Shown here: positions 37,342-45,476 of the stretch, one piece after another
How the letters are laid out: each line of letters begins with the position of its first letter
Position numbering within the stretch: the stretch's first letter is position 1
DNA from: Gemmatimonadota bacterium
Lineage (GTDB): Bacteria > Gemmatimonadota > Gemmatimonadetes > JACCXV01 > JAHWKZ01
Assembly: GCA_035708865.1 (NCBI GenBank)
Contig: DASTFF010000034.1
Location: 15,529 to 79,528 of the forward strand
Direction of reading: 5' to 3'
Length of the DNA stretch: 64,000 bases
Notes under the pieces: generated by a model
Told to the model about the DNA's origin: nothing
What the model saw: only the letters and a program-made list of their open reading frames with translations
The model's database searches: none
Position numbers and translations under genes: made by a program

Positions 37342-38010
37342 TCACGCCGCGGCGGGCGGCGGCTCGCCATCCTGGACCTCGATCGCGCAGCAGCGCAGGC
37401 GGTCGCCGATCGGCACGTGGCTCACCCGCTCCGTCCCCAGGACCTCGCCGATCAGGGTGGCGAGAAACGTCCCGCAGACCCGCGGGCGGTCGGCGGCGAT
37501 GTCCTGAAAGGGACAGTGGTGGATGACGATGCGCCGCCGGCCGCCGTTCGGGATCTCCGCCTGGGCCTCCAGGGCGAACGTATCCTCGAGCCAGGCGAGG
37601 AGGAGCTTCCAGCGTCGGTCGGGGGCGTCGATCGGCATCTGCTTCTGGACCCGCCGGGCGACCCGGCGCGCCGCCGTCGCCACCAGCTCGAGCGCCGCGG
37701 CTTCGCCATGCCGGTCCACCAGAACCTGGACCAGCCCGCTCGCCAGCACGTCGTACCGCTTGGGGTAGGCACGGCGGGCGAGCGCCGAAAGGGCGTACAC
37801 CCAGGCGGGCCGGCCGGGCTGGGGGTCGCCCTTGCCCCGGACGACCAGCCCGGCGACCCGCAGCGTCGCCAGATGCTGGCGGACCGCCGCCGGGCTGACC
37901 TCCAGCCGCTCGGCCAGCTCCTGGGCGTTCAGCTCCTCACGGATCAGGAGATCGAGGATCTGGCGCTTGGTGCCTGTGGGGAGCTCAGTTATAATAGTTT
38001 CAACTTGCAT
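37342..38010 (-). CDS. ArsR-family wHTH regulator with Cys/His-rich C-terminal domain
   Basis: Contains RQILDLLIREELNAQELAERLEVSPAAVRQHLATLRVAGLV. The C-terminal part has HHCPF...VCG...RCC. ATG 38010 is preferred; the track start 38046 is a TTG inside an AT-rich island. Confidence 0.8.
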   Translation of the reverse strand: MQVETIITELPTGTKRQILDLLIREELNAQELAERLEVSPAAVRQHLATLRVAGLVVRGKGDPQPGRPAWVYALSALARRAYPKRYDVLASGLVQVLVDRHGEAAALELVATAARRVARRVQKQMPIDAPDRRWKLLLAWLEDTFALEAQAEIPNGGRRRIVIHHCPFQDIAADRPRVCGTFLATLIGEVLGTERVSHVPIGDRLRCCAIEVQDGEPPPAAA

Positions 38011-38084
38011 AACTTTTAAATTAGTCGTATACTGAAACCGCGGCAAGTCCGCATCGTCCTCAACCTGACTCAGGAGGATTCATC
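37985..38084. promoter_or_regulatory. AT-rich divergent promoter/operator region
   Basis: Contains ataatagtttcaacttgcataacttttaaattagtcgtatactgaaac in an otherwise roughly 70% GC sequence, with a gtttca...tgaaac inverted repeat. It lies between the ArsR-type gene and the 38085 operon (RBS caggagga). Confidence 0.45.
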
Positions 38085-38528
38085 ATGAGACCGCTATTCA
38101 CCCTCGCCCTCGTGGCCCTCACGCTGGGCTTTCTGGCCGGCCCGGCCATGGCCCAGGAGGAAGTCGCCGCCGGGCACGACCCCGAGATGATGACCGCCCC
38201 TCCGGGCGGCGCCTTCCAGCCGGTCAGCGAGCTGGTCGAGCTGCCCGACTTCCTGCCCGGCATCGGGACCCTGTACGTGGATCCGGCTACCCTGCCGGCC
38301 GGCCCCTTCCTGGCCTACGACCGGGACGGCACGCTGGTCAGCTCGGTGTACATGATTCCGCTATCGGCGATGAACGAGCAGCAGAACTTCAACGGGCTCG
38401 ACGTCGCCGCGGCCGAGGCCGACCACGTCGACATCTACTACAACGCCGGCCACCCGGGGGTCGCGGAGCCGCACTACCACTTCGTCGTGTGGTACGTGTC
38501 GCCCGAGGCGGCGGCGGCGCTCAAGTAG
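38085..38528 (+). CDS. hypothetical secreted protein
   Basis: Signal peptide MRPLFTLALVALTLGFLAGPAMAQE. His-rich patch HPGVAEPHYHF. No family recognised. Confidence 0.55.
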   Translation: MRPLFTLALVALTLGFLAGPAMAQEEVAAGHDPEMMTAPPGGAFQPVSELVELPDFLPGIGTLYVDPATLPAGPFLAYDRDGTLVSSVYMIPLSAMNEQQNFNGLDVAAAEADHVDIYYNAGHPGVAEPHYHFVVWYVSPEAAAALK

Positions 38529-38532
38529 CCGC

Positions 38533-39120
38533 GTGCTCTCCCGGCGGAGGTTCCTGACGGCCGGCGGGCTCGCGCTCGCCGGCCTCTCCGCCCCGGCTCC
38601 GGTGCGGGGCCTCCTCGTCGGGTTGCGGTCCGGCGAGGAGGCTCCCGGACCGTCGCCCGGGTCGGAACCCGTCGAGATCCGGATGCGGAGCGACGTGCTC
38701 GGCTCGAAGGTGTGGTTCGACCCGATCGGCGTCTGGGTCGAACCGGGGACCACGGTCCGGTGGGTGCTCGAGGCGAGCGTCCACTCGACGACGGCCTATC
38801 ACCCGGCCAACGCCGGCCATCCGCTGCGGATCCCGGAAGCGGCCGAGCCCTGGGACTCGGGGATCCTGACCCGGCCGGGCGAGACGTTCGAGGTCACGCT
38901 CACCGTCCCCGGTATCTACGATTACTACTGCATCCCCCACGAGGCCGGCGGCATGGTCGGCCGGATCGTGGTGGGAGAGCCGGGAGACGAAGCGCGTCCC
39001 TTCGTCGGGACCGCCGAGGCGGGCGCGGGCGATTCCAGATCCGTGCCGGAGGCGGCCCGGCAGGCCTTCCCTGCCGTCGAGCGGATCGTTCGCGAGAAGA
39101 TGGTGCGGATCGCTACGTAG
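38533..39120 (+). CDS. Tat-exported cupredoxin (plastocyanin/azurin-like type 1 copper protein)
   Basis: Twin-arginine signal (SRRRFLTAGGLALAGL). Contains H...YYCIPHEAGGMVG (the Cys-His-Met T1Cu ligand spacing). Confidence 0.8.
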   Translation: MLSRRRFLTAGGLALAGLSAPAPVRGLLVGLRSGEEAPGPSPGSEPVEIRMRSDVLGSKVWFDPIGVWVEPGTTVRWVLEASVHSTTAYHPANAGHPLRIPEAAEPWDSGILTRPGETFEVTLTVPGIYDYYCIPHEAGGMVGRIVVGEPGDEARPFVGTAEAGAGDSRSVPEAARQAFPAVERIVREKMVRIAT

Positions 39121-39124
39121 GAGA

Positions 39125-39913
39125 TCAGCCGGCGAGCTGCCGCAGCAGCTCGTCGTGGAGGAGCGCGTTGGTGGAGAGCGCGCTCCCGCCCGCCGGGACG
39201 GCCTCGCCGCCGAGCGTGCTGAACCGCCCGCCGGCTTCCTGGACGACCGGCTGAAGCGGGACCGAGTCCCAGGGCTTCATCCGCGGATCGATCATGGCCT
39301 CGGCGCGCCCGGTGGCGACGAGGACGTGGCCGTACGCGTCCCCCCACGTCCGGAGTTCCCCGGCAGCGGCGGCCAGGCCGGCGAACCCCGCCCCCGGCTC
39401 GCCCGGCAGACGCCGGAAGTCGGTCGCCAGCACCAGCGCCGCCTCCAGGTCCGGTTCGGCCGAGACCCGCGCCCGGACCGGATCCCCGCCCCCCCTCCAC
39501 CACCAGCAGCCGGCGCCGCGGGTGGCGGCGACCGTCTCCCGGATCGCCGGCAGGTGGACGACACCGAGCACCGCCTCGTCGCCGTCGAGCATCCCGATCA
39601 GGACCGAGAAGAGAGGCACGCCGTGGACGAACCCGAACGTCCCGTCGATCGGATCGAGCGTCCAGCTCCGGCCGCTCGTGCCTTCCTGGACGCCGAACTC
39701 CTCGCCGATCACCCCGTCCGCGGGGCAGCGCGCGGCCAGCCGCTCCCGCAGGACCTCCTCGGCCCGCCGGTCGGCCGAGGTCACCAGCGAGCGATCGGCC
39801 TTGAGTTCCACCTCCAGGACGCCGCCGAACGCCTCGGCGGCCACCCGGCCGGCCGCCCGTGCGGCCTCGAGCGCGAACGCCCGCAGCTCGGCCAGCTCAC
39901 GCGCTTCGATCAT
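39125..39913 (-). CDS. inositol monophosphatase family protein (SuhB/HisN-like)
   Basis: Contains VIGEE, WTLDPIDGT and WD..P motifs. ATG 39913 (MIEARELAELR...). Confidence 0.85.
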   Translation of the reverse strand: MIEARELAELRAFALEAARAAGRVAAEAFGGVLEVELKADRSLVTSADRRAEEVLRERLAARCPADGVIGEEFGVQEGTSGRSWTLDPIDGTFGFVHGVPLFSVLIGMLDGDEAVLGVVHLPAIRETVAATRGAGCWWWRGGGDPVRARVSAEPDLEAALVLATDFRRLPGEPGAGFAGLAAAAGELRTWGDAYGHVLVATGRAEAMIDPRMKPWDSVPLQPVVQEAGGRFSTLGGEAVPAGGSALSTNALLHDELLRQLAG

Positions 39914-40057
39914 CGTCCGCTCCCTGCAGGTCACGAAGGCCGCCTCCGGACCGTCGAGGGTATCTCGGCACCCCGGCGGGGCCAAGCGAAACGCCGGAGC
40001 CGGCTCGAGGCCGACCCCGGCGCCGCGTTGGAGTGCCGAGGGTTCGGGGAAGATCCG

Positions 40058-40855
40058 CTACAGCCCGACCGAGCTCGTCAGCCGTACCGTCATATCGCTG
40101 CCCGCGTTGAGAGCCACCTCGTAGTCGTCGCGCGCCGTCCCCATCGCCGCGCCGCCGGCCCCGCCGGCCGCGGCTCCGATCGCCGCGCCCTTCTTGCCGC
40201 CGATGATGCCGCCGAGGACCGCTCCGGCCCCCGCCCCGATACCCGTCTCCTTGGTCGGGAAGCCCTTGTCGGCGTAGGAGTGGCCGCCCGACACCGGGGA
40301 CGCCGCTATCGAGCGCGTGCCGTAGGCGGTCTCGACCGAGCGCGCCTCGAGGGTGATCGAGCCGCGTCCGTCGTTGTCGTCGCCTTCGTTCATGCTGGTG
40401 ACGACGCCCGAAACCGTGGCGCCCGCCGGGATCACTACCTGACCGCCGACCACGACGTTACGGGTGACCCGTCCGGTCCACGTGCTGCCGACCTCGTTGT
40501 GCTCGGAGTCGATCTGATGCATGGTGGCGAACGGAATCGAGGTGCCCGCCGGTATCGCGCTCGGGCGCGACGGAGCCGCTGCCGGCGCGGGCTGCTCTAC
40601 CTCCGGCTGGGACCGCGGCGTCTCGCGGACGATGACCGTCCGCTCGACGACCCGTGGCTGTTCCTCCACGACATCGATCTCATCGGCGTCGGGACCCATC
40701 GTGTCGCTCAGGGCGATCGGGCCGCCGTCCTCGACGACGATCGGCAGATCCTCGTCGACCTCCTCGCCCTCACCCCCGCAGCCCGCTGCCGCGAACCCGA
40801 ACGATCCGAGCGTCACGAGCAGGGCCCACGTGCGAATCGTGCTCTGCATCGACAT
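40058..40855 (-). CDS. lipoprotein with C-terminal glycine-zipper segment
   Basis: Lipobox FAAAGC. The C-terminal region GIGAGAGAVLGGIIGGKKGAAIGAAAGGAGGAAMG is glycine-zipper-like. Confidence 0.6.
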   Translation of the reverse strand: MSMQSTIRTWALLVTLGSFGFAAAGCGGEGEEVDEDLPIVVEDGGPIALSDTMGPDADEIDVVEEQPRVVERTVIVRETPRSQPEVEQPAPAAAPSRPSAIPAGTSIPFATMHQIDSEHNEVGSTWTGRVTRNVVVGGQVVIPAGATVSGVVTSMNEGDDNDGRGSITLEARSVETAYGTRSIAASPVSGGHSYADKGFPTKETGIGAGAGAVLGGIIGGKKGAAIGAAAGGAGGAAMGTARDDYEVALNAGSDMTVRLTSSVGL

Positions 40856-41041
40856 GTCTGCCTCCCCTCGGGAAATAGCGTCAGAACGTCACTATCCTAG
40901 CACGCCACCACGCCAAAGGTTCCCCGGCCCCGTAACCCCCCGGGGGGACGCAGGATCGGCCGCCTCGCCTTCAGCTTCGCGCTGGCAGGCGGGGCGCCCC
41001 CGGTTAGGTTCGGCCGCCCATGCCCCTCGCGATCCTCCCGC

Positions 41042-42034
41042 ATGGCTGACCGCCTCGCCGTCCTCACCAGCGGCGGGGACGCCCCTGGAATGAACGCCGC
41101 GATCCGGGGCGTCGTCCGGACGGCCGCCAGCGCGGGCTGGGAGGTCATCGGCTTCCGCCGCGGCTTCTGCGGGCTGATCGACGATGAGGCGCTTCCCCTC
41201 ACGCCGCGCTCGGTGGCCAACATCCTTCAGCGCGGCGGATCAATCCTCGACACCGCGCGCGAGGCTCGTTTCCGGGACGAGCAGGTGAGGCACGCGGTCT
41301 GTGATGTCCTCGACCGGCGGCGCTGCCGGGCGCTGATCGCGATCGGCGGCGAAGGAACACAGACCGGTGCGACTCGTCTGCAGGAAGTCTGGAGCGGCCG
41401 CGTCCTCGGCGTCGCCTCGACCATCGACAACGACCTCGGAGGTACGGACCATTCGATCGGTTTCGATACCGCCTGCAACACCGCTCTCGAAGCGATCGAC
41501 CGGATCCGCGACACGGCCAACGCGCTCGACCGGCTGTTCTTCATCGAGGTGATGGGCCGCCACCGCGGGTTCATCGCTCTCGCCGTCGCGATCGGGGGCG
41601 GGGCCGAAGCCGTCGTGCTCCCCGAGGTCAAGCTGGATCCGGGGGCGCTCCTCGAACTGATCCACGGCAACTACCGCCGCGGCAAGCTCTCATGCATCGT
41701 CGTCGTCGCCGAAGGCGCGCACCCGGGTGGGGCGCGAGGATTGCTGGACGAGCTCGACGCGCGCGACGCCGGGCTGAAGGGGATGCCCGGCGCCGATCCG
41801 CGCGTCACCATCCTCGGCCACATACAGCGTGGGGGCAATCCGACCGCGCGCGACCGGCTGCTCGCGAGCCGTCTCGCGAGCGCGGCGACACGTGCGGCCA
41901 TCGATGGAGACGGGAACCTGCTCTTCGGTATCCGCGGGGAGACGATCTGCTCGACGAAGATCGCCGACGCGGTTGCCGAAAAGAAGATGCTCGACTCTTC
42001 GCTGCTCGAGCTCGTCAACACGCTCGCCGGGTGA
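41042..42034 (+). CDS. pfkA: ATP-dependent 6-phosphofructokinase
   Basis: Contains LAVLTSGGDAPGMNAAIRGVV, IGGEGT, TIDNDL and MGR motifs. Confidence 0.92.
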   Translation: MADRLAVLTSGGDAPGMNAAIRGVVRTAASAGWEVIGFRRGFCGLIDDEALPLTPRSVANILQRGGSILDTAREARFRDEQVRHAVCDVLDRRRCRALIAIGGEGTQTGATRLQEVWSGRVLGVASTIDNDLGGTDHSIGFDTACNTALEAIDRIRDTANALDRLFFIEVMGRHRGFIALAVAIGGGAEAVVLPEVKLDPGALLELIHGNYRRGKLSCIVVVAEGAHPGGARGLLDELDARDAGLKGMPGADPRVTILGHIQRGGNPTARDRLLASRLASAATRAAIDGDGNLLFGIRGETICSTKIADAVAEKKMLDSSLLELVNTLAG

Positions 42035-42038
42035 TCCG

Positions 42039-42154
42039 AAATCCTTCCCCGTTTTTTTCTGTTCCAAACTATTGCGCATGTTCGCATTGTTGTGATAGAC
42101 TTTTTTTCGTCGAGCGGTCCGACCATCGTGACGCTCAGACCAGGAGGAAACGAT
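42039..42154 (+). promoter_or_regulatory. AT-rich promoter region upstream of the Lys-rich protein gene
   Basis: Contains two T-runs and a candidate TTGCGC-N18-TAGACT promoter (42072-42101). RBS caggagga precedes ATG 42155. Confidence 0.3.
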
Positions 42155-42304
42155 ATGGCTGCTATGGCCAAGAAGTCGACCAGAAAGAAGGCCTCGAAGA
42201 AGAAGGCCAAGAAGAAGGGAAGGAAGAAGGCTTCACGGAAGAAGGCCTCGAAAAAGAAGGCCTCGAAGAAGAGAAAGGCTTCACGGAAGAAGAAGCGGAA
42301 GTAA
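42155..42304 (+). CDS. 49-aa Lys-rich, histone H1-like basic protein
   Basis: MAAMAKKSTRKKASKKKAKKKGRKKASRKKASKKKASKKRKASRKKKRK has 24 Lys, 6 Arg and no acidic residues. Strong RBS. The DNA shows internal repeats (gaagaaggcctcgaa x3). Confidence 0.6.
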   Translation: MAAMAKKSTRKKASKKKAKKKGRKKASRKKASKKKASKKRKASRKKKRK

Positions 42305-42360
42305 CTCTCGAGAGAACCTTACCGCTGATCGATCGGTTCGGACCGTTTCGACGCTTCAAC

Positions 42361-42384
42361 GAAAGCCCGCTCACGCGGGCTTTC
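42361..42384 (+). terminator. hairpin after the Lys-rich gene (probable terminator)
   Basis: gaaagcccgc-tcac-gcgggctttc forms a 10-bp perfect stem, followed by gtcttgg. Confidence 0.45.
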
Positions 42385-42390
42385 GTCTTG

Positions 42391-43815
42391 GTGGTCGCCC
42401 TTCTGTTCCCGGTCGCCTGCGCCTCCGCCGCGCGGGGCGCGGGCGGGGCCCGGCTCTCCGACACGCTCTCCCGGCTGCTCGCCGATCCGAGCCTGCGGCA
42501 TTCGGGCGCGGCCCTGCTGGTGGTTTCCCTCGACAGCGGGGATACGCTGTACGCGCGCGAGATCGACCGGCTCTACACCCCCGCCTCGAACCTCAAGCTG
42601 TTCACCGCCGCCTCGGCCCTCCACTACCTGGGACCCGACTTTCGTTTCGAGACCATGGTCGCGACAGGCGGACGGTGGACGGGCGACACGCTTCACGGAG
42701 ACCTGTATCTGGTCGGCCGTGGCGATCCCGATCTGGTGACCGACGATCTCGCCGTGCTGGCCGACAGCGTCGCGGCGGCGGGCGTGCGGGTCGTTCGCGG
42801 ACGGGTGGTCCCCGTCGCCGACTGGTTCGGCGGACCGGAGTGGGGGGCCGGTTGGATGTGGGATGACGGACCGTTCTGGTACTGGCCCTACACGAGCGCG
42901 CTCACGCTGAACGACAACTCGGTGACCGTGCGGGTGACTCCGGGTCCCGAGGTGGGCGCCCCGGTCGACGCGAGCCTCGAACCGGCGACCGACTACGTGC
43001 GGCTGACCGTCGATGCCCGCACCGGCCCGACGGGCTCTCCGCCGACGCTCGAGGTCGAGCGGCATTGGGACCCCAAGGCCAACGTCATCGACGTTCGGGG
43101 CTCACTACCTCTCGACGCCGGGCCGGTCGCCGAGGTGCGGACGGTCGAGGACCCGGCGTCCTACGCGGCACGGGTCTTTACCCAGCTCCTGTCCGAGCGG
43201 GGTGTCGACGTCCTCGACGCGCTCGGCGAGGGTCTGCAACCGCCACCCGACACGATCCCGATCGTGCGCCATGAGAGCGACTCGCTGGCGGTGAGCGTCC
43301 GGAACTTCCTCAAGGTCAGCGACAACCTGACCGGCGAGCAGCTGGTGAAGGCGATCGGCGCGCGGACCGCCGGGCCGCCAGGCAACTACGCCAACGGCCT
43401 GGCGGCCGAGCGGCGTTTCCTGGCCGCCGAGGTGGGGATCGACACCACCGCCATGGTGCTCGCCGACGGCTCGGGCGTGTCGCGCTACAACCTGGTCACT
43501 GCGCGACAGGTGGTCCGTCTGCTCGCCTACATGGCCGGCCGCGACGATCTGGCGCCGGCCTTCTTCGGCGCCCTGCCGATCGCCGGCGTGGACGGAACCC
43601 TCGAGGACCGGATGCGGGGAACCGCCGCCGAGCGCGCGGTCCGCGCCAAGACGGGATCGCTGGCGGGCGTCTCCGCGCTGGCGGGCTACACGATGACGGC
43701 CGGCGGCGAGCGCCTCGCCTTCAGCCTCATGATGGAGTTCTTCCCGGGAGCGGCCGCGCCGCGGCGGGCGGTCCAAGATTCGATCATGGCGGCGCTGGCG
43801 GGGATGCGGGAGTAG
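42391..43815 (+). CDS. dacB: D-alanyl-D-alanine carboxypeptidase/endopeptidase (PBP4, peptidase S13)
   Basis: Contains SxxK (PASNLKL), SDN (VSDNLTG) and KTG (AKTGSLAGV). The start is uncertain: GTG 42391, TTG 42388 or in-frame CTG 42325. The track ORF from 41692 is an over-extension. Confidence 0.85.
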   Translation: MVALLFPVACASAARGAGGARLSDTLSRLLADPSLRHSGAALLVVSLDSGDTLYAREIDRLYTPASNLKLFTAASALHYLGPDFRFETMVATGGRWTGDTLHGDLYLVGRGDPDLVTDDLAVLADSVAAAGVRVVRGRVVPVADWFGGPEWGAGWMWDDGPFWYWPYTSALTLNDNSVTVRVTPGPEVGAPVDASLEPATDYVRLTVDARTGPTGSPPTLEVERHWDPKANVIDVRGSLPLDAGPVAEVRTVEDPASYAARVFTQLLSERGVDVLDALGEGLQPPPDTIPIVRHESDSLAVSVRNFLKVSDNLTGEQLVKAIGARTAGPPGNYANGLAAERRFLAAEVGIDTTAMVLADGSGVSRYNLVTARQVVRLLAYMAGRDDLAPAFFGALPIAGVDGTLEDRMRGTAAERAVRAKTGSLAGVSALAGYTMTAGGERLAFSLMMEFFPGAAAPRRAVQDSIMAALAGMRE

Positions 43816-43822
43816 TGGAGAA

Positions 43823-43957
43823 GCGGGGGCGGGGGGCGTATTCGCGGAGCGAATCCTCGGGCGGAAGCGCTTCGGAAGGGGGCTGCTCCACGGACCACGT
43901 GCATTCGCTCAAGGATCGAAACTTTGATCGCTCCGCGAACACGCCCCCCGCCCCCGC
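43823..43957. repeat. long-stem palindromic element, copy B (arms 43823-43855 and 43926-43957)
   Basis: gcgggggcggggggcgtattcgcggagcgaatc pairs with gatcgctccgcgaacacgccccccgcccccgc (1 mismatch, 1 bulge). The spacer is 70 nt. It starts 8 nt after the dacB stop. Confidence 0.75.
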
Positions 43958-44072
43958 GCCACCGTCACTCCAAACCCGCGCCAGTCAACGCGCATTGCTC
44001 CGGCAAAAGACCTACGGGACGCCTTGGTTCAAAAGGGGGCGATGTCGCTCCCTTGTTCGTACGCCGCTGAGG

Positions 44073-44209
44073 GGCGGGCTCGGCGGGGGTCCTCCCGGAG
44101 CCGTCAAAGTTTGGCTCCGGCGCAAGCATGCCCGCGGTTCGTGGAGCGACGAATCCCCTCCGATCGAGCGCCCGGCGTCGGCTCCGGGAGGACCCCCGCC
44201 GAGCCCGCC
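44073..44209. repeat. long-stem palindromic element, copy C (perfect 31-bp arms 44073-44103 and 44179-44209)
   Basis: ggcgggctcggcgggggtcctcccggagccg and its exact reverse complement are separated by 75 nt. The core is homologous to copy B in inverted orientation. It ends 2 nt from the stop of the 44212 gene. Confidence 0.8.
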
Positions 44210-44211
44210 GA

Positions 44212-45333
44212 TCACCGACTCTCAGAGGAAGGAAGCGACACCGCGCCCGCCCCCGTCGCCTGGAGCCCCACAGGGATCGAGCGGATGGTCGCCAGCGTCT
44301 CGGGGTCGATGACGTCGATGGCGCCCGGCACGACGGCGTGGCTCTCCATCGACAGGAAGACCGTGCCGTCCGGCCCGAAGGCGAAGGTGTGGGGATGGGT
44401 AGCGCTCGACGGCATCGTGGCAACGGGGGATTCAGTCGCCAGATCGACCACCGTGAACGACTGGCCGTTCCGGTTGGGCACGTACAGCCGCCCGCCCGCC
44501 GGATCCACCTTGATCAGGTAGGGGCCGTCGCCGACCGGAATGCTGTTGGTGTAGGTGCCGAGCTCGGACGTGGCCATGACGCGCACCTCGCCAGTCTTGT
44601 GGCACGCCACGTAGAGCTTCTCATCGTCCTTCGACAGCGCGAGGCCGGCCGGGTAACACACCTTCTCCTCGGCCCGGTCCTGGTCGGTGAGGGTGCTGGT
44701 CGAGTCGACCACCGACAGCGTCGAAACGCTGACCTTCCTGAGCTCATTGTCGCGCGTGCACGAGACGTAAACCGACGTCCCGTCGTGCGAGGCCACCAGG
44801 CCGTGCGGCTTCACGCAGACCGGGATCTGCTTGACCTCGGTCATGGTCGGGGCGTGCACGACCGAGACGGTGTCGGTCTGAGGGTCGCCGTGCAGGTTGT
44901 AGTTGGCCACGAAGAGCCACATGCCGTCCGGCGTGATCGCCGACGTCGCAGGAAACAGTCCGACGTTGGTCCGGGCCACCAGGCTGTCCGTGCTGGTCGT
45001 CATCTTCCAGACCGACCCGTAGGGCCAGCCGTGCGCGATCGACAGATAGTAGAACCGGCCGTCGGGCGAGAGAGTGAGCGCGTGAACGCCCTCCACGTCC
45101 TCGATCGACACACCCACCGGGATCTTCCTGAGAACCTCGCCCGTGCCGGGGTCGACAACCGCCACCGCGTCCTCCGACTCGAGGCCGACGAAGAGAACGT
45201 AGCCGGACGGCTCGCCGGACGTGGTCCCGGCCTCCGGGTCGGGTGCGGCCGCGGGCTCCTGGGCCCCGATCGGCAGCGGGTAAGAGAGAAAGGCGGCGCA
45301 TGCCGCCAGGACGATCCTCCAGCGACGGGTCAT
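44212..45333 (-). CDS. secreted YVTN/YncE-like beta-propeller repeat protein
   Basis: Signal peptide MTRRWRIVLAACAAFLSYPLPIGAQE. Contains repeated ~40-aa units (..P.G(L/I)A.S.DG..(L/V)YV(A/S)...). Confidence 0.7.
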   Translation of the reverse strand: MTRRWRIVLAACAAFLSYPLPIGAQEPAAAPDPEAGTTSGEPSGYVLFVGLESEDAVAVVDPGTGEVLRKIPVGVSIEDVEGVHALTLSPDGRFYYLSIAHGWPYGSVWKMTTSTDSLVARTNVGLFPATSAITPDGMWLFVANYNLHGDPQTDTVSVVHAPTMTEVKQIPVCVKPHGLVASHDGTSVYVSCTRDNELRKVSVSTLSVVDSTSTLTDQDRAEEKVCYPAGLALSKDDEKLYVACHKTGEVRVMATSELGTYTNSIPVGDGPYLIKVDPAGGRLYVPNRNGQSFTVVDLATESPVATMPSSATHPHTFAFGPDGTVFLSMESHAVVPGAIDVIDPETLATIRSIPVGLQATGAGAVSLPSSESR

Positions 45334-45476
45334 GTCGATTCCTCCGATCCGGTTCCAAATCGGCCGCGCACGGTGCGGCCGAACGGGCGAGCGATTACGC
45401 GCTCTCCTACCATTCTAGGTGGCGTCGGGTTTCGCGGCCGCCGAAACCGTCCCGTTATCTCGCGCGTAGAGGTTCG

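Noticed and set aside
42170-42300. Repetitive aag/gcc/tcg DNA, considered as a tandem-repeat or CRISPR-like locus
   Set aside because: The repeats are in frame inside a short ORF with a strong RBS and encode KKAS-type units. There is no repeat-spacer architecture.
43815-44423. ORFs 43815-44312 (+) and 43965-44423 (-) in the dacB / propeller spacer
   Set aside because: They are made of the two long inverted repeats read as protein. They have low complexity, no start context, and mirror-image peptide segments caused by the palindromes.
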